From: Ignavibacteriota bacterium
GTDB lineage: Bacteria > Bacteroidota > Ignavibacteria > UBA10030 > UBA6906
Length of the DNA stretch: 64,000 bases
Direction of reading: 5' to 3'
Assembly (NCBI GenBank): GCA_963801355.1
Contig: CAWDEM010000008.1
Coordinates: forward strand, 2,880,001 to 2,944,000
Under the pieces are notes generated by a model. It saw only the letters and a program-made list of their open reading frames with translations, was not told where the DNA came from and did not search any database. The position numbers were made by a program, and so were the translations under genes. This document shows, one piece after another, positions 20,314-30,055 of the stretch (position 1 is the first letter of the stretch; each line of letters begins with the position of its first letter).

Positions 20314-20747
20314 AACCGGCGCTCCTGATCGGTCTCGGCAACACATTGAGGGGTGACGATGGCGTGGGGATTCGTGTTGCGGAACGGGCACGGACGCGCT
20401 TTCCGGAGCTTGACGTGCTCAGCGTCCACGGACTGTCTCCCGAACTTGCCGAGACCGTGACGCACTACGACATAGTGATGATTGTCGATGCGAGCGTGGC
20501 AACAGACACACTGCGCGTGACCGAAGTATTGCCCGCCGTTTCAGGTGAAAAGATCCGCTCGCACGTCATGTCTCCGGCCGGTATACTCGGACTTGCAGCG
20601 ACACTCTACAGCCGCGTTCCGCGCCGGTCGGTGCTCATTGAAGTTCCCGCAGCGGAGTGCGACTTTGCCGACGCACTTTCGCCCCGGGCGGCGGGTCAGA
20701 TCGACTCCTGTCTCGACCTTGTGGGCTCGTATCTTGTGAGGTCCTGA
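20310..20747 (+). CDS. hoxW: Hydrogenase maturation endopeptidase (HoxW-like)
   Basis: IGLGNTLRGDDGVG, IVDA, SHVMSP; follows hoxH. Confidence 0.85.
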   Translation: MKPALLIGLGNTLRGDDGVGIRVAERARTRFPELDVLSVHGLSPELAETVTHYDIVMIVDASVATDTLRVTEVLPAVSGEKIRSHVMSPAGILGLAATLYSRVPRRSVLIEVPAAECDFADALSPRAAGQIDSCLDLVGSYLVRS

Positions 20748-20750
20748 TCT

Positions 20751-23081
20751 TTGAAGCAACGTGTGCATGGCGTCATTCGCGGAGCTGTCCAGGGGGTCGG
20801 ATTCCGCCCCTTTGTGTACCGCCTCGCCCGGGAACTCCGGCTCACCGGTTGGGTGAACAACGCCAGCCAGGGAGTCGTCGTTGACGTCGAAGGAGATCCC
20901 GCCGCCGTTTCCGCATTTCTCCACCGTCTCCGCCACGAGCATCCGCCCCGGGCATTCATACAGAGCTTTGAGTACGCATTCCTCGATCCCGCCGGCGCCA
21001 CGGACTTTGTCATCCGCCCCAGTGATCCCTCCGGAGAGAAGACCGCACTCGTGATGCCGGATATCGCGTTGTGCGATGATTGCCGCAACGAGCTTTTCAA
21101 TCCGCAGGACAGGCGCTACCGGTACCCCTTCATCAATTGCACCAACTGCGGGCCCCGGTTCAGCATCATCACCGCACTCCCCTATGATCGCCCACACACC
21201 ACCATGCGGGGTTTCACTATGTGTCCCGCGTGTCAACAGGAATATGACGATCCCGCCAACCGCAGATTCCACGCACAACCCAACGCCTGTCCGGTTTGCG
21301 GCCCCCGCGTTGCGCTGTGGGACGCGGAAGGGCACGTCACGGGCACCGATGAGGATGCGCTTGCCCGCGCTGTGATCGCCCTGCACAACGGCAAGATCGT
21401 CGCGGTCAAGGGAATCGGGGGATTTCATCTGATGGTTGCAGCATCTGACGCTGAAGCCGTGAGCCGTTTGCGCGCACGGAAGCACCGGGAGGAAAAACCA
21501 CTTGCACTGATGTTCCCCACGTTGCAGGCGGTGCGCACTGTTTGCAGTGTGGACGGACCCGAAGAACAGATGCTGACGGCACCCGAAGCCCCGATCGTCC
21601 TGCTGCACCGCCTGCCGGGACATACACCGGCAGCCGTCGCAGAGAACGTGGCCCCGCACAATCCCTACCTCGGCGCCATGCTGCCGTATGCACCTCTCCA
21701 CCACATCCTGCTCCGCGATGCGGACCGGCCCCTTGTGGCCACGAGCGGGAATCTTTCCGATGAACCGATCTGCACCGACGAACAGGAAGCTCTCCACCGC
21801 CTGTCGGGAATCGCCGATCTGTTTCTTGTCCACAACCGCCCGATCGTACGGCACATCGATGATTCAATCGTCAGGATCACTGACGGGCGCCCGACGATCC
21901 TGCGCAGGGCGCGCGGGTATGCACCGCTCCCCCTCCGGCTTCCCGCCACCGTCCCGGATCTGCTCGCAGTGGGAGCACACCTGAAGAATACCATCGCCAT
22001 CTCCCGGGGTCGCGACCTGCTAGTCAGCCAGCATCTGGGAGACCTCGAGACCCGTGAGGCGTACGAGGCATTCCGGTTGGAGACGACGCAGATGGAGACG
22101 CTCTTCGACGCCCATCCCGTCGCAGTTGTATCTGACTCCCATCCGGACTATCTTTCTTCTGTGTATGCGAGGTCGCGGCAGGAGAGAAATATCCGCGTGC
22201 AACACCATGTCGCCCATGTGGCGGCATGCATGGCGGAAAATGAAATCCGCGACCCGTTCCTCGGGGTCGCGTGGGACGGCACCGGGCTCGGCGACGACGG
22301 CACGATCTGGGGCGGGGAATTCTTCCTGGTGAGGGAGAAAAGGTTCGAACGCGTGGCTCATCTCCGGACATTCCCGCTTCCCGGCGGAGATCAGGCTGTA
22401 CGCGAACCACGGCGTTCGGCGCTCGGTCTCCTGTTCGCACTGGCCGGCGACGATGCGTTCACATGGCAGGGCATCATCCCGCTCCAGGCATTCACCGAAG
22501 GTGAGCGAACGACGCTGCACCGTATGCTGACGCGCGGCATTAATTCCCCCGTGACCTCCAGCGCAGGGCGGCTGTTCGATGCCGTGAGCGCGCTGCTGGG
22601 CCTCCGCCAGCGGAACAGCTTTGAGGGACAGGCGGCAATGGAGCTGGAGTGGATCGCGGACGGCTCGGTGACGGATGCCTACCCCGCCACGGTGACCGTG
22701 TCTCGTGCCCGTTCCGGCGACAGCGGGCTTCCTGGACAACGCGGGGATCCCGGCGACACCGGGCGTCCCTGCGTCATCGACTGGGAGCCGATGATCCGCG
22801 CTCTTATAAAAGAACAGCAGGCGGGAGAACCTATCGCAGCCATCGCCACCCGCTTTCACCGGACGCTTGCCGGGAGCATAGTGACCGTCGCGCAACAGAT
22901 CGGGTGTGAACGCGTGGCTCTCACGGGTGGTTGCTTCCAGAATGCCCTGCTCACGCACTATACAGTCGAAGCACTGACAGCTGCAGGTTTTCGCGCGTAT
23001 GTCCATCAGCGCATCCCACCCAATGACGGGGGGATCGCGCCCGGACAGATAGCTGCAGCAGCGTATATGGATTTACTATAG
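20751..23081 (+). CDS. hypF: Carbamoyltransferase HypF
   Basis: GAVQGVGFRPFVY, CTNCGPR, RFHAQPNACPVCGP, KGIGGFHL, QHHVAH, PPNDGGIAPGQ. Confidence 0.95.
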   Translation: MKQRVHGVIRGAVQGVGFRPFVYRLARELRLTGWVNNASQGVVVDVEGDPAAVSAFLHRLRHEHPPRAFIQSFEYAFLDPAGATDFVIRPSDPSGEKTALVMPDIALCDDCRNELFNPQDRRYRYPFINCTNCGPRFSIITALPYDRPHTTMRGFTMCPACQQEYDDPANRRFHAQPNACPVCGPRVALWDAEGHVTGTDEDALARAVIALHNGKIVAVKGIGGFHLMVAASDAEAVSRLRARKHREEKPLALMFPTLQAVRTVCSVDGPEEQMLTAPEAPIVLLHRLPGHTPAAVAENVAPHNPYLGAMLPYAPLHHILLRDADRPLVATSGNLSDEPICTDEQEALHRLSGIADLFLVHNRPIVRHIDDSIVRITDGRPTILRRARGYAPLPLRLPATVPDLLAVGAHLKNTIAISRGRDLLVSQHLGDLETREAYEAFRLETTQMETLFDAHPVAVVSDSHPDYLSSVYARSRQERNIRVQHHVAHVAACMAENEIRDPFLGVAWDGTGLGDDGTIWGGEFFLVREKRFERVAHLRTFPLPGGDQAVREPRRSALGLLFALAGDDAFTWQGIIPLQAFTEGERTTLHRMLTRGINSPVTSSAGRLFDAVSALLGLRQRNSFEGQAAMELEWIADGSVTDAYPATVTVSRARSGDSGLPGQRGDPGDTGRPCVIDWEPMIRALIKEQQAGEPIAAIATRFHRTLAGSIVTVAQQIGCERVALTGGCFQNALLTHYTVEALTAAGFRAYVHQRIPPNDGGIAPGQIAAAAYMDLL

Positions 23082-23105
23082 CCTGTATGATACCACGGAG
23101 TGACT

Positions 23106-23369
23106 ATGTGTCTTGCAGTGCCCGGAGAAGTTCTTGCGATCGACCGCAGCGTAACCCCTGTCATGGGAACGGTCAGCTTCGCAGGTGTGCAGAAGCAGGT
23201 GTGCCTTGAGTGGCTGCCGGAAATCAACGTGGGAGAATATGTCATTGTGCACGTCGGTTTCGCCCTGAGCAAGGTTGACAGGGAAGAAGCGCTCGAAACA
23301 CTGGAGATGCTCCGTACGATGTATGACCTCGCCGACGACGGGGATGCCCCTCCGGAGAACCGGCCGTGA
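23106..23369 (+). CDS. hypC: Hydrogenase assembly chaperone HypC
   Basis: [15 protein letters not shown]. Confidence 0.95.
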   Translation: MCLAVPGEVLAIDRSVTPVMGTVSFAGVQKQVCLEWLPEINVGEYVIVHVGFALSKVDREEALETLEMLRTMYDLADDGDAPPENRP

Positions 23370-24460
23370 AGTTTGTCGACGAATACAGGGACCAGGAGAT
23401 CGTCCGGAACCTTCTCCAGGCGATCCATGCTGAAACGACCCGTCCGTGGACGATCATGGAAATCTGCGGCGGACAGACCCATGCCATCGTCAAGCACGGC
23501 CTGGATACACTCCTCCCTTCCACCCTCACGCTCGTGCACGGCCCGGGCTGCCCGGTATGTGTGACACCCCTTGCGCTCATCGACAAGGCCGTAGCCATCG
23601 CTTCACTCCCCGACGTGATCTTTGCATCCTTCGGCGATATGTTGCGCGTTCCGGGTTCGGAGCGGGATCTGCTTTCCGTGAAGGCGGGGGGCGGCGATAT
23701 TCGCATCGTCTACTCTCCCCTCGACGCTGTCGCGCTCGCCCGGCGGAATCCCGGCAAACGGGTCGTCTTTTTTGCCGTAGGGTTTGAGACCACGGCACCG
23801 GCAAACGCGATGGCCGTATTGCAGGCCGAACGGGAATCGATAGAAAATTTTTCCATCCTCTCCGCGCACGTTCTCGTACCCCCGGCGATCGCAGCTCTCC
23901 TCTCGTCGCCGGCCAACCGCGTGCAGGGATTTCTCGCTGCCGGGCACGTCTGCGCGGTGATGGGGTACGAAGAGTACATTCCTCTTGCCGAACGGTTCCG
24001 CGTCCCGATTGTCATCACCGGCTTCGAGCCGGTGGATATTCTTCAGGGAATCCGGATGACCGTACAACAACTCGAGAGCGGCCGCTCTGAGGTGGAAAAT
24101 CAATACGCCCGGATTGTGCGCCGCGAGGGGAACCCTGCAGCACGCGCAGCCATTGACCGGGTATTCCGGGTGATCGACAGGCAATGGCGGGGAATCGGCA
24201 CCATCCCCCTCAGCGGGTACGGCTTGCGCCCGGAGTACCAACGGTTCGATGCCGATGAGCGATTTGCAGTGCAGCACATTCTCACGCGTGAACCGGAAAT
24301 CTGCATAGCCGGGAGTGTTCTTCAGGGATTGCGGAAACCACATGAATGTGAGGCTTTCGGCCGCCAGTGCACACCGGAACATCCGCTGGGAGCCCCCATG
24401 GTGTCATCCGAAGGGTCGTGCGCCGCGTACTTCAGGTATTCCAGGATACATCATGGCTGA
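23366..24460 (+). CDS. hypD: Hydrogenase formation protein HypD
   Basis: [35 protein letters not shown]. Confidence 0.95.
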   Translation: MKFVDEYRDQEIVRNLLQAIHAETTRPWTIMEICGGQTHAIVKHGLDTLLPSTLTLVHGPGCPVCVTPLALIDKAVAIASLPDVIFASFGDMLRVPGSERDLLSVKAGGGDIRIVYSPLDAVALARRNPGKRVVFFAVGFETTAPANAMAVLQAERESIENFSILSAHVLVPPAIAALLSSPANRVQGFLAAGHVCAVMGYEEYIPLAERFRVPIVITGFEPVDILQGIRMTVQQLESGRSEVENQYARIVRREGNPAARAAIDRVFRVIDRQWRGIGTIPLSGYGLRPEYQRFDADERFAVQHILTREPEICIAGSVLQGLRKPHECEAFGRQCTPEHPLGAPMVSSEGSCAAYFRYSRIHHG

Positions 24461-25513
24461 TGAACAACCCGACTTCGAAGGGTTCTCCTGCCCTGTTCCC
24501 ATTGCCCGCTACAAGCATGTGCTCCTCGCACACGGGGGGGAGGAAAACTCACGCACGAGCTCATCGAAAAGCTCATCCTTCCTGAATTCCGCAACCCCGG
24601 GCTTGAGCAGATGCACGACGGCGCCATGTTCACCATTGGAGCGGCACGGCTGGCATTTTCCACCGACGGCTATGTGGTGCATCCCCTGTTCTTTCCTGGA
24701 GGCGACATAGGAGAGCTCGCCGTCAACGGTACGGTAAACGATCTCGCAATGTGTGGTGCACGGCCGCTGTACCTCTCGTCGGCCCTGATCATCGAGGAGG
24801 GATTGCCGGTGGATGACCTCTGGCGCATCGTGCATTCCATGCGGCAGGCAGCACGCTCCGCCGGTGTTGCGCTTGTCACCGGCGATACAAAGGTCGTCGA
24901 CCGCGGCAAGGGGGACGGCATCTTCGTGACAACATCCGGCATCGGGGTTATTCCGCCGGGAGTCGACATCAACCCGCATCATGCGCGTCCGGGTGATGCG
25001 ATCCTGATCAACGGACCGATTGCGCAGCACGGCATAGCGATCATGTCCGTCCGGGAAGGTCTGCAATTTGGGACAGCAATCGAAAGCGATACGGCGGCTC
25101 TCCACGGATTGGTGGAGCACATGCTTTCGGTCGCGCCGGGAATTCATGTCCTCCGGGATCCGACACGCGGCGGTGTTGCAAGCACGCTGAATGAAATCGC
25201 CGGACAGGCGGGCGTGGGCATGACTATCCATGAGTCGGAGATCCCCGTCGATGAAGAAGTCCGGGGTGCATGTGAACTTCTCGGGTTCGATCCCCTGTAC
25301 GTCGCCAACGAAGGAAAGGTAATCGCTATTGTCGCGCGGGAGGATGCCGGGCCGGTGCTGGCCGCAATGCGGGCTCATCCCCTTGGAACACGCGCCGCGG
25401 TCATCGGGGAAGTCACCGCCGAATACCCGGGCATCGTGACGCTGAGGAGCAGCATCGGTAGCTCGCGCATCGTCGATATGCTTTCGGGGGAGCAACTTCC
25501 CCGCATCTGCTGA
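24453..25513 (+). pseudogene. hypE: hypE with a 1-nt frameshift in a G7 run (real lesion or sequencing error)
   Basis: [16 protein letters not shown]...LLAHGG in one frame, GGKLTHELIEK...GGDIGELAVNGTVND...RDPTRGG...GEQLPRIC in another; adding one G at 24534-24540 restores AHGGGGKL. Confidence 0.85.
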
Positions 25514-25546
25514 CCCGCTACGTTTTCTGTGGCGGGATCAGACTTC

Positions 25547-26188
25547 TCAGACTTCGGCTGTGCGCTTCTGCTCCGTGGGATCCACCGTCCCGAACACATA
25601 GTCCCACACCGGCGTGCTGACCCCGAACCCCTTTCCGGGATCATGATAGTGATGCAGCACGTGATGGTGCTTGACCTTTTGCCAGACACCGTTCTTCAGC
25701 GGTGCGTGATGTGTGGCATAGTGGATTTCGTCATAGAGCATGTAGCCGACGAGGAAGCCCGCAAAGAAGGGGAAGATGTACTTCATCCCGAGGATCAGGG
25801 AGAACAGGAAATAGAAGAGCAACGCCAGCGGAATACTGACCACCGGTGGCATCACGAGGCGCTTTGAGTCATTCGGATACTCGTGATGTACCCCATGCAT
25901 CATGAAATGCAGATATTTGCCGACCTTGCTGGTCGGCTCGTAATGAAAAATATACCGGTGCAAAACGTATTCTGTCAATGTCCAGATGACCAGGCCGCCC
26001 ACAAACAGGAATATCCCGGTTGTCCGTGTCAAACCCGGTGTCACTGACGCACGGTACAGGAGGTAGCTGACAACCGGAATGTACAGGATCAGCGGAACAC
26101 TCCAGTGGACATGCGAGAATATCTCAAGAAAATCGCTCTTGAACAGACGCGCGGATTCATCCTTGTTCGACGTATAGAGTTTTGCCAT
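25547..26188 (-). CDS. Fatty acid hydroxylase superfamily protein (FA2H/Scs7-like, no cytochrome b5 domain)
   Basis: His boxes EYVLHRYIFH, HGVHHEYPNDSKRLVMPP, HYATHH, HHVLHHY; GFGVSTPVWDYVFGT. Confidence 0.88.
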   Translation of the reverse strand: MAKLYTSNKDESARLFKSDFLEIFSHVHWSVPLILYIPVVSYLLYRASVTPGLTRTTGIFLFVGGLVIWTLTEYVLHRYIFHYEPTSKVGKYLHFMMHGVHHEYPNDSKRLVMPPVVSIPLALLFYFLFSLILGMKYIFPFFAGFLVGYMLYDEIHYATHHAPLKNGVWQKVKHHHVLHHYHDPGKGFGVSTPVWDYVFGTVDPTEQKRTAEV

Positions 26189-26219
26189 AGGTACCTCTCA
26201 TTCTGAAATATGCTCGCAC

Positions 26220-26248
26220 AACATAGGCGTTTTTTACGACTTTTCCAA
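26220..26248 (-). promoter_or_regulatory. sigma70-type promoter of the hydroxylase gene
   Basis: TTGGAA-17 nt-TATGTT. Confidence 0.45.
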
Positions 26249-26267
26249 TTCTCCTGGAAACCACACC

Positions 26268-27104
26268 ATGCGTCCCGCCCGCCATCTCCTTTACGCCTTC
26301 TTCATTCTCCTGCTCGCATGGCATTCCGGAGCCGCGCAATCGGGCGCCGATACCCTCTTGCCTTCATCGCTGGTCTGGTTTCCCTCACAGCGGATATTCC
26401 CCCGGATGGTTGCTGACGGGATCAGTCACCAGTTCGGTGTGAGCAAGGACCTTTCGTCGGCAATGATTCATGGGAGCATCGGCGGCCTCGTACCGGTTCT
26501 GGATGTCAACTTCGAAATGACGACATGCCAGATCGGTGCAGGTGCGACGGTCCTCACAAGTTTCATCAAGAGACCCCGGCTCCTGCAGATGGAAACCGTC
26601 GACTTCCTTCTGGAGTTCCCGGTGGATATCCGGCTCACCGAGCGGCTTGCGCTGCGGACAGGTTACGGCCATTTCAGTGCGCATTTCGCAGACGACGGAA
26701 TCGAGATTCTCGGCCGGTCATCGGTCAACTATGCGAAGGACTACCTGCTGCTCCTGGGCGCCTGGCGAATTCTGGCGGTTGATGGGGTTCTGTACGCCGG
26801 GGGCCACTGGAACTTTCACTCCCTGCCTGAGGAGGGAAGTCGCTGGACGATGCAGTGGGGTGTCGAGACAGGGAACCTGCTGATCTTCCCCGAAGTCTTT
26901 CTCTATGCCGCACTGGACCTGCGATGGAAGTCCGAAGCCGCCTGGGCCGCCACCGGGAGTTATCAATGCGGACTCAGGCTGCTCCCGCGGGAGGAACGGG
27001 CACTGCGGATTGCCTATACATACCGCACAGGGCCTGATGATCGGGGACAATTTTATCAACAGAGGGCTGACGTGCACCTTGTAGGCGTCTACCTCGATTT
27101 CTGA
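26268..27104 (+). CDS. Exported beta-strand-rich protein, DUF1207-like
   Basis: Signal peptide; GHFSAHFADD, G...RGQFY, ends GVYLDF (OMP-like C-terminal Phe). Confidence 0.7.
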   Translation: MRPARHLLYAFFILLLAWHSGAAQSGADTLLPSSLVWFPSQRIFPRMVADGISHQFGVSKDLSSAMIHGSIGGLVPVLDVNFEMTTCQIGAGATVLTSFIKRPRLLQMETVDFLLEFPVDIRLTERLALRTGYGHFSAHFADDGIEILGRSSVNYAKDYLLLLGAWRILAVDGVLYAGGHWNFHSLPEEGSRWTMQWGVETGNLLIFPEVFLYAALDLRWKSEAAWAATGSYQCGLRLLPREERALRIAYTYRTGPDDRGQFYQQRADVHLVGVYLDF

Positions 27105-27108
27105 CCGC

Positions 27109-29580
27109 TCACAACCTCCCCGCAAGTATCACAACACATTTTGCAGCAAAGGTCACCCCTCCGGCACCGTCGATGGCTTCGAGAATCGCGACGTAGGCGC
27201 CGATCCGTACACGCACCCCACGGTCATCGCGGCCATCCCACACCAGGCGTCCTTCCGCTCCCGCAGGTGTGATGTTTGCCAGTTCGCGGAGAGATCTGCC
27301 CCTCACGTCAAAGAGCCGCACCCGAATGAGAGAGCTCCGTACCGGCAGCGAGTAGCTGAGCACCGCAACGTCATCCACGCCGTCGCCATCAGGAGAAAAC
27401 GGGTTCGGTGCCACCTGCAGCGCAGCGACAGGCGGAAGGACTTCAACGGCAATGCTGTTCCCCACTCCCGGCGTTCCCCCTGAAGGATCCACGCATGTTC
27501 CCCAATTCGTCCGGACCGCGCCGCTGAGCGCCGGATTGATGAGTTCCAGCGAACGTCCCCGGGTGTCCGGAATGTCCGGCGAGTGGAAAGAGGGCGAGAA
27601 CTCCAAGCTGTCCAGCACCACGCCGCCTGCGCTCTTCAGTACAAGGACGTCACCATCGTTGTTGAGGCCGAGACCGGTGGCATTCATGCAGAGGACTGTC
27701 GCGGCATCAGCCTGGCGAAGTGAGGGAAACCATGCCGGTCCCGTGCTGTCGGCCACGATGACCGCGCACGTTCCGGGGGATACACGAATCGAACGGCCCC
27801 CGGGCTTCCACTGGTTGATGCTCCCTCCTTCCGTCGGTCGATCGGAAAGCACGCAGTCGTCCAGTTCCACCGCAACGGTGGAGCTGTTAATCAATTCGAC
27901 GAACTCAGGCATCCCCGCCAGGGGCTCATACATGATCTCGTTGATGCGCACCGAACCCGGGAGAGTGGGAATGATCACCGCGGCCGAGACGCTGTTGTTC
28001 GACTCCCGCTCATCACCGTCCATGAAGACCTGTGCGCGGAGTGAGTGCTTGCCGGGCACCGGCGCGACCCACACATAGTCGCACACAAGTGCATCCCCCG
28101 GCGCAATGGTCGCGTTGCTGGGAATACGGTCAATAACCTCCGCATCGCCGGCAACGCTGTCCCGGTTCATATCATCGTAGAGGAGTATGCTCCAGTCCGG
28201 CGCGGCTGCGCGGCCGGTATTCGAAATCATGATGGAAACATCGCAGATGTCTCCGCTACATCGCCCGGGAAAACTCATCTGCACGGCGGAAAGATCCGAT
28301 GTCCGACGGGCCATACTGTTGGTCCTCCCCGGTGTGGCGCCCGCACTGTCTACTGACGACACCCAGTTGCCCGCGGCATTCGAAGGACCTTCACCGTCTA
28401 TCCGCTCGAGCGAAACACCCGGACCGCCACCCCACGCCGGAAGATACCCGACACTGTCTGCGCAATGTCCGGTTCGTGCATACAAATGGAGGAAGTCCCC
28501 GCCATTGTTCAACGAAGGGAATCCGTCGGTCTGCAGGATGCGTGAGGTGATCCTCCGGCGTGATCCGGCAAGCGCCGCTGTGTCAGGAGTCAGGACAACG
28601 AGCTCGCCGGGATCCAGCAGAACGGAAGCGCCGGCGATGGTGTGCCGCAGCGTGATACTGGCATCACTCAGGCTCCATCCTTGAATATCCGTCTGTTCGT
28701 GCCCCGTGTTCATGAGCTCAACCCATTCCGGCTCCCCTGAACGCGGCGTGTACATGATTTCGTTGAAGATCACCGAGTCCGGCCGGGTACCGCCGGCGAA
28801 CCGCGCCGTCACCTGTATATCATCCATGCGAAATGTTCCGCTCGTCCCCGTTGACTCCGGAAGAACACGCCATCGCAGGACAACCGCGCTCTCTCCGGTC
28901 GCCGCGTCAGGAATCATACACGCGGCCGCCTGGTAGACACCGCTTCCAGCATCCCTGCCGATTATGCCGAGGGAAAATGGAAACGTCACACCGGCATCCA
29001 GCGACATCTCCACGGCAACCTGCGCGATAAATGTTCCCGAACGACGCACCGCCATACGGACCCCGTCCGGCTTCTGCCCCCGGCAATCTATGACCGGTGT
29101 GACCAGCCACTGTTCCAGTGTGGCATTTGTTGTCAGGACCGCACCCGGCGGGGAAAACACCGTGGAGGAAGTTGTTCCCCAGTCGTTTGTTCCCGGTGTT
29201 TTTCTCTGTGATGACCGCCATCCTGCCGGCAATGCAGGGGGAGCGACGCTGTCGAAGGCCTCCTGGAAGATCAGAATGGTGTCCTGGGCAGCAGGCTGAG
29301 CAGGTTTCTGCGCAGTTTCCTGGGAAGTATCCCGGGCTTCCTGAGACACCGGAATGGTATCCCGGGCTTCCTGAGACATCGGGATGGTATCCCGGGCCAC
29401 GCGAGAAATCAGGATCGTATCACGGGCGTGCAATTCCAGCGCCACAGCAATCACTGCAATCCAGAGCATCCGGAACATCGAGGACTTCCGGGACTTCCCC
29501 AACATCCGGGACTTCCGGAACATCCCAGACTTTCGGAGCATCCGGGACTTCCAGACAGGACGGGTTTGATGACCAGACAT
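27109..29580 (-). CDS. Secreted lamin-tail-domain (LTD) protein with CARDB-like and FlgD/T9SS-like C-terminal domain
   Basis: Two NEIMY..EW/FVEL..LNNxGD..SLE..TPG modules; APNPFSPDGDG and VWDGRDDRG; start uncertain (ATG 29580, 29478 or 29469); the ORF-track extension to 29931 overlaps the response regulator and is rejected. Confidence 0.82.
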   Translation of the reverse strand: MSGHQTRPVWKSRMLRKSGMFRKSRMLGKSRKSSMFRMLWIAVIAVALELHARDTILISRVARDTIPMSQEARDTIPVSQEARDTSQETAQKPAQPAAQDTILIFQEAFDSVAPPALPAGWRSSQRKTPGTNDWGTTSSTVFSPPGAVLTTNATLEQWLVTPVIDCRGQKPDGVRMAVRRSGTFIAQVAVEMSLDAGVTFPFSLGIIGRDAGSGVYQAAACMIPDAATGESAVVLRWRVLPESTGTSGTFRMDDIQVTARFAGGTRPDSVIFNEIMYTPRSGEPEWVELMNTGHEQTDIQGWSLSDASITLRHTIAGASVLLDPGELVVLTPDTAALAGSRRRITSRILQTDGFPSLNNGGDFLHLYARTGHCADSVGYLPAWGGGPGVSLERIDGEGPSNAAGNWVSSVDSAGATPGRTNSMARRTSDLSAVQMSFPGRCSGDICDVSIMISNTGRAAAPDWSILLYDDMNRDSVAGDAEVIDRIPSNATIAPGDALVCDYVWVAPVPGKHSLRAQVFMDGDERESNNSVSAAVIIPTLPGSVRINEIMYEPLAGMPEFVELINSSTVAVELDDCVLSDRPTEGGSINQWKPGGRSIRVSPGTCAVIVADSTGPAWFPSLRQADAATVLCMNATGLGLNNDGDVLVLKSAGGVVLDSLEFSPSFHSPDIPDTRGRSLELINPALSGAVRTNWGTCVDPSGGTPGVGNSIAVEVLPPVAALQVAPNPFSPDGDGVDDVAVLSYSLPVRSSLIRVRLFDVRGRSLRELANITPAGAEGRLVWDGRDDRGVRVRIGAYVAILEAIDGAGGVTFAAKCVVILAGRL
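29320..29430 (-). repeat. 30-bp in-frame tandem repeat
   Basis: Encodes ARDTILISRV / ARDTIPMSQE / ARDTIPVSQE / ARDTSQE right after the signal peptide. Confidence 0.8.
29463..29552 (-). repeat. 9-bp degenerate tandem repeat (about 10 units)
   Basis: GGAAGTCCC / GGATGTTCC-type units, encoding KSRMLRKSGMFRKSRMLGKSRKSSMFRML if translated. Confidence 0.8.
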
Positions 29581-29686
29581 CGAGTATTCCCCGAAAACAG
29601 TACCGGATTCCCTCCGGGGTCTGCCATTATTACCTGCGAGGTTGATTTTTTTCGAGAGATTGTCTATATAGGCATGAAAAGAACCC

Positions 29687-30052
29687 ATGCCCCCTATCCG
29701 CATACTTGTAGCTGATGATGAAGACGCCCTGCGCGAGCTGCTGTGTGAACAGCTGACCGTGATGGGATACCAGACGGAGTCAGCCGGTGACGGCGAAGAG
29801 GCCATCCAGAAGTTGCAGGACGGAACGTTCGCGCTGGTACTCCTCGACATCAACATGCCAAAGAAGACCGGGCTGGAGGTACTGCAGTATATCCGTGAGC
29901 AGGGTATGCAGACGCGCGTGATCATGCTCACCGGCCGGCTCGGCTATTCCGTCGGGTCGGAGAGCATGAAGCTCGGTGCCGACGAATTCATCACGAAGCC
30001 GTTTGACCTCAACTATCTTGAACTTGTCATCAAGCGGATCCTCCCGGCGTAG
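29687..30052 (+). CDS. Single-domain response regulator (CheY-like)
   Basis: ILVADDE, LLDINMP, MLTG, ITKPF. Confidence 0.9.
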   Translation: MPPIRILVADDEDALRELLCEQLTVMGYQTESAGDGEEAIQKLQDGTFALVLLDINMPKKTGLEVLQYIREQGMQTRVIMLTGRLGYSVGSESMKLGADEFITKPFDLNYLELVIKRILPA

Positions 30053-30055
30053 TGT

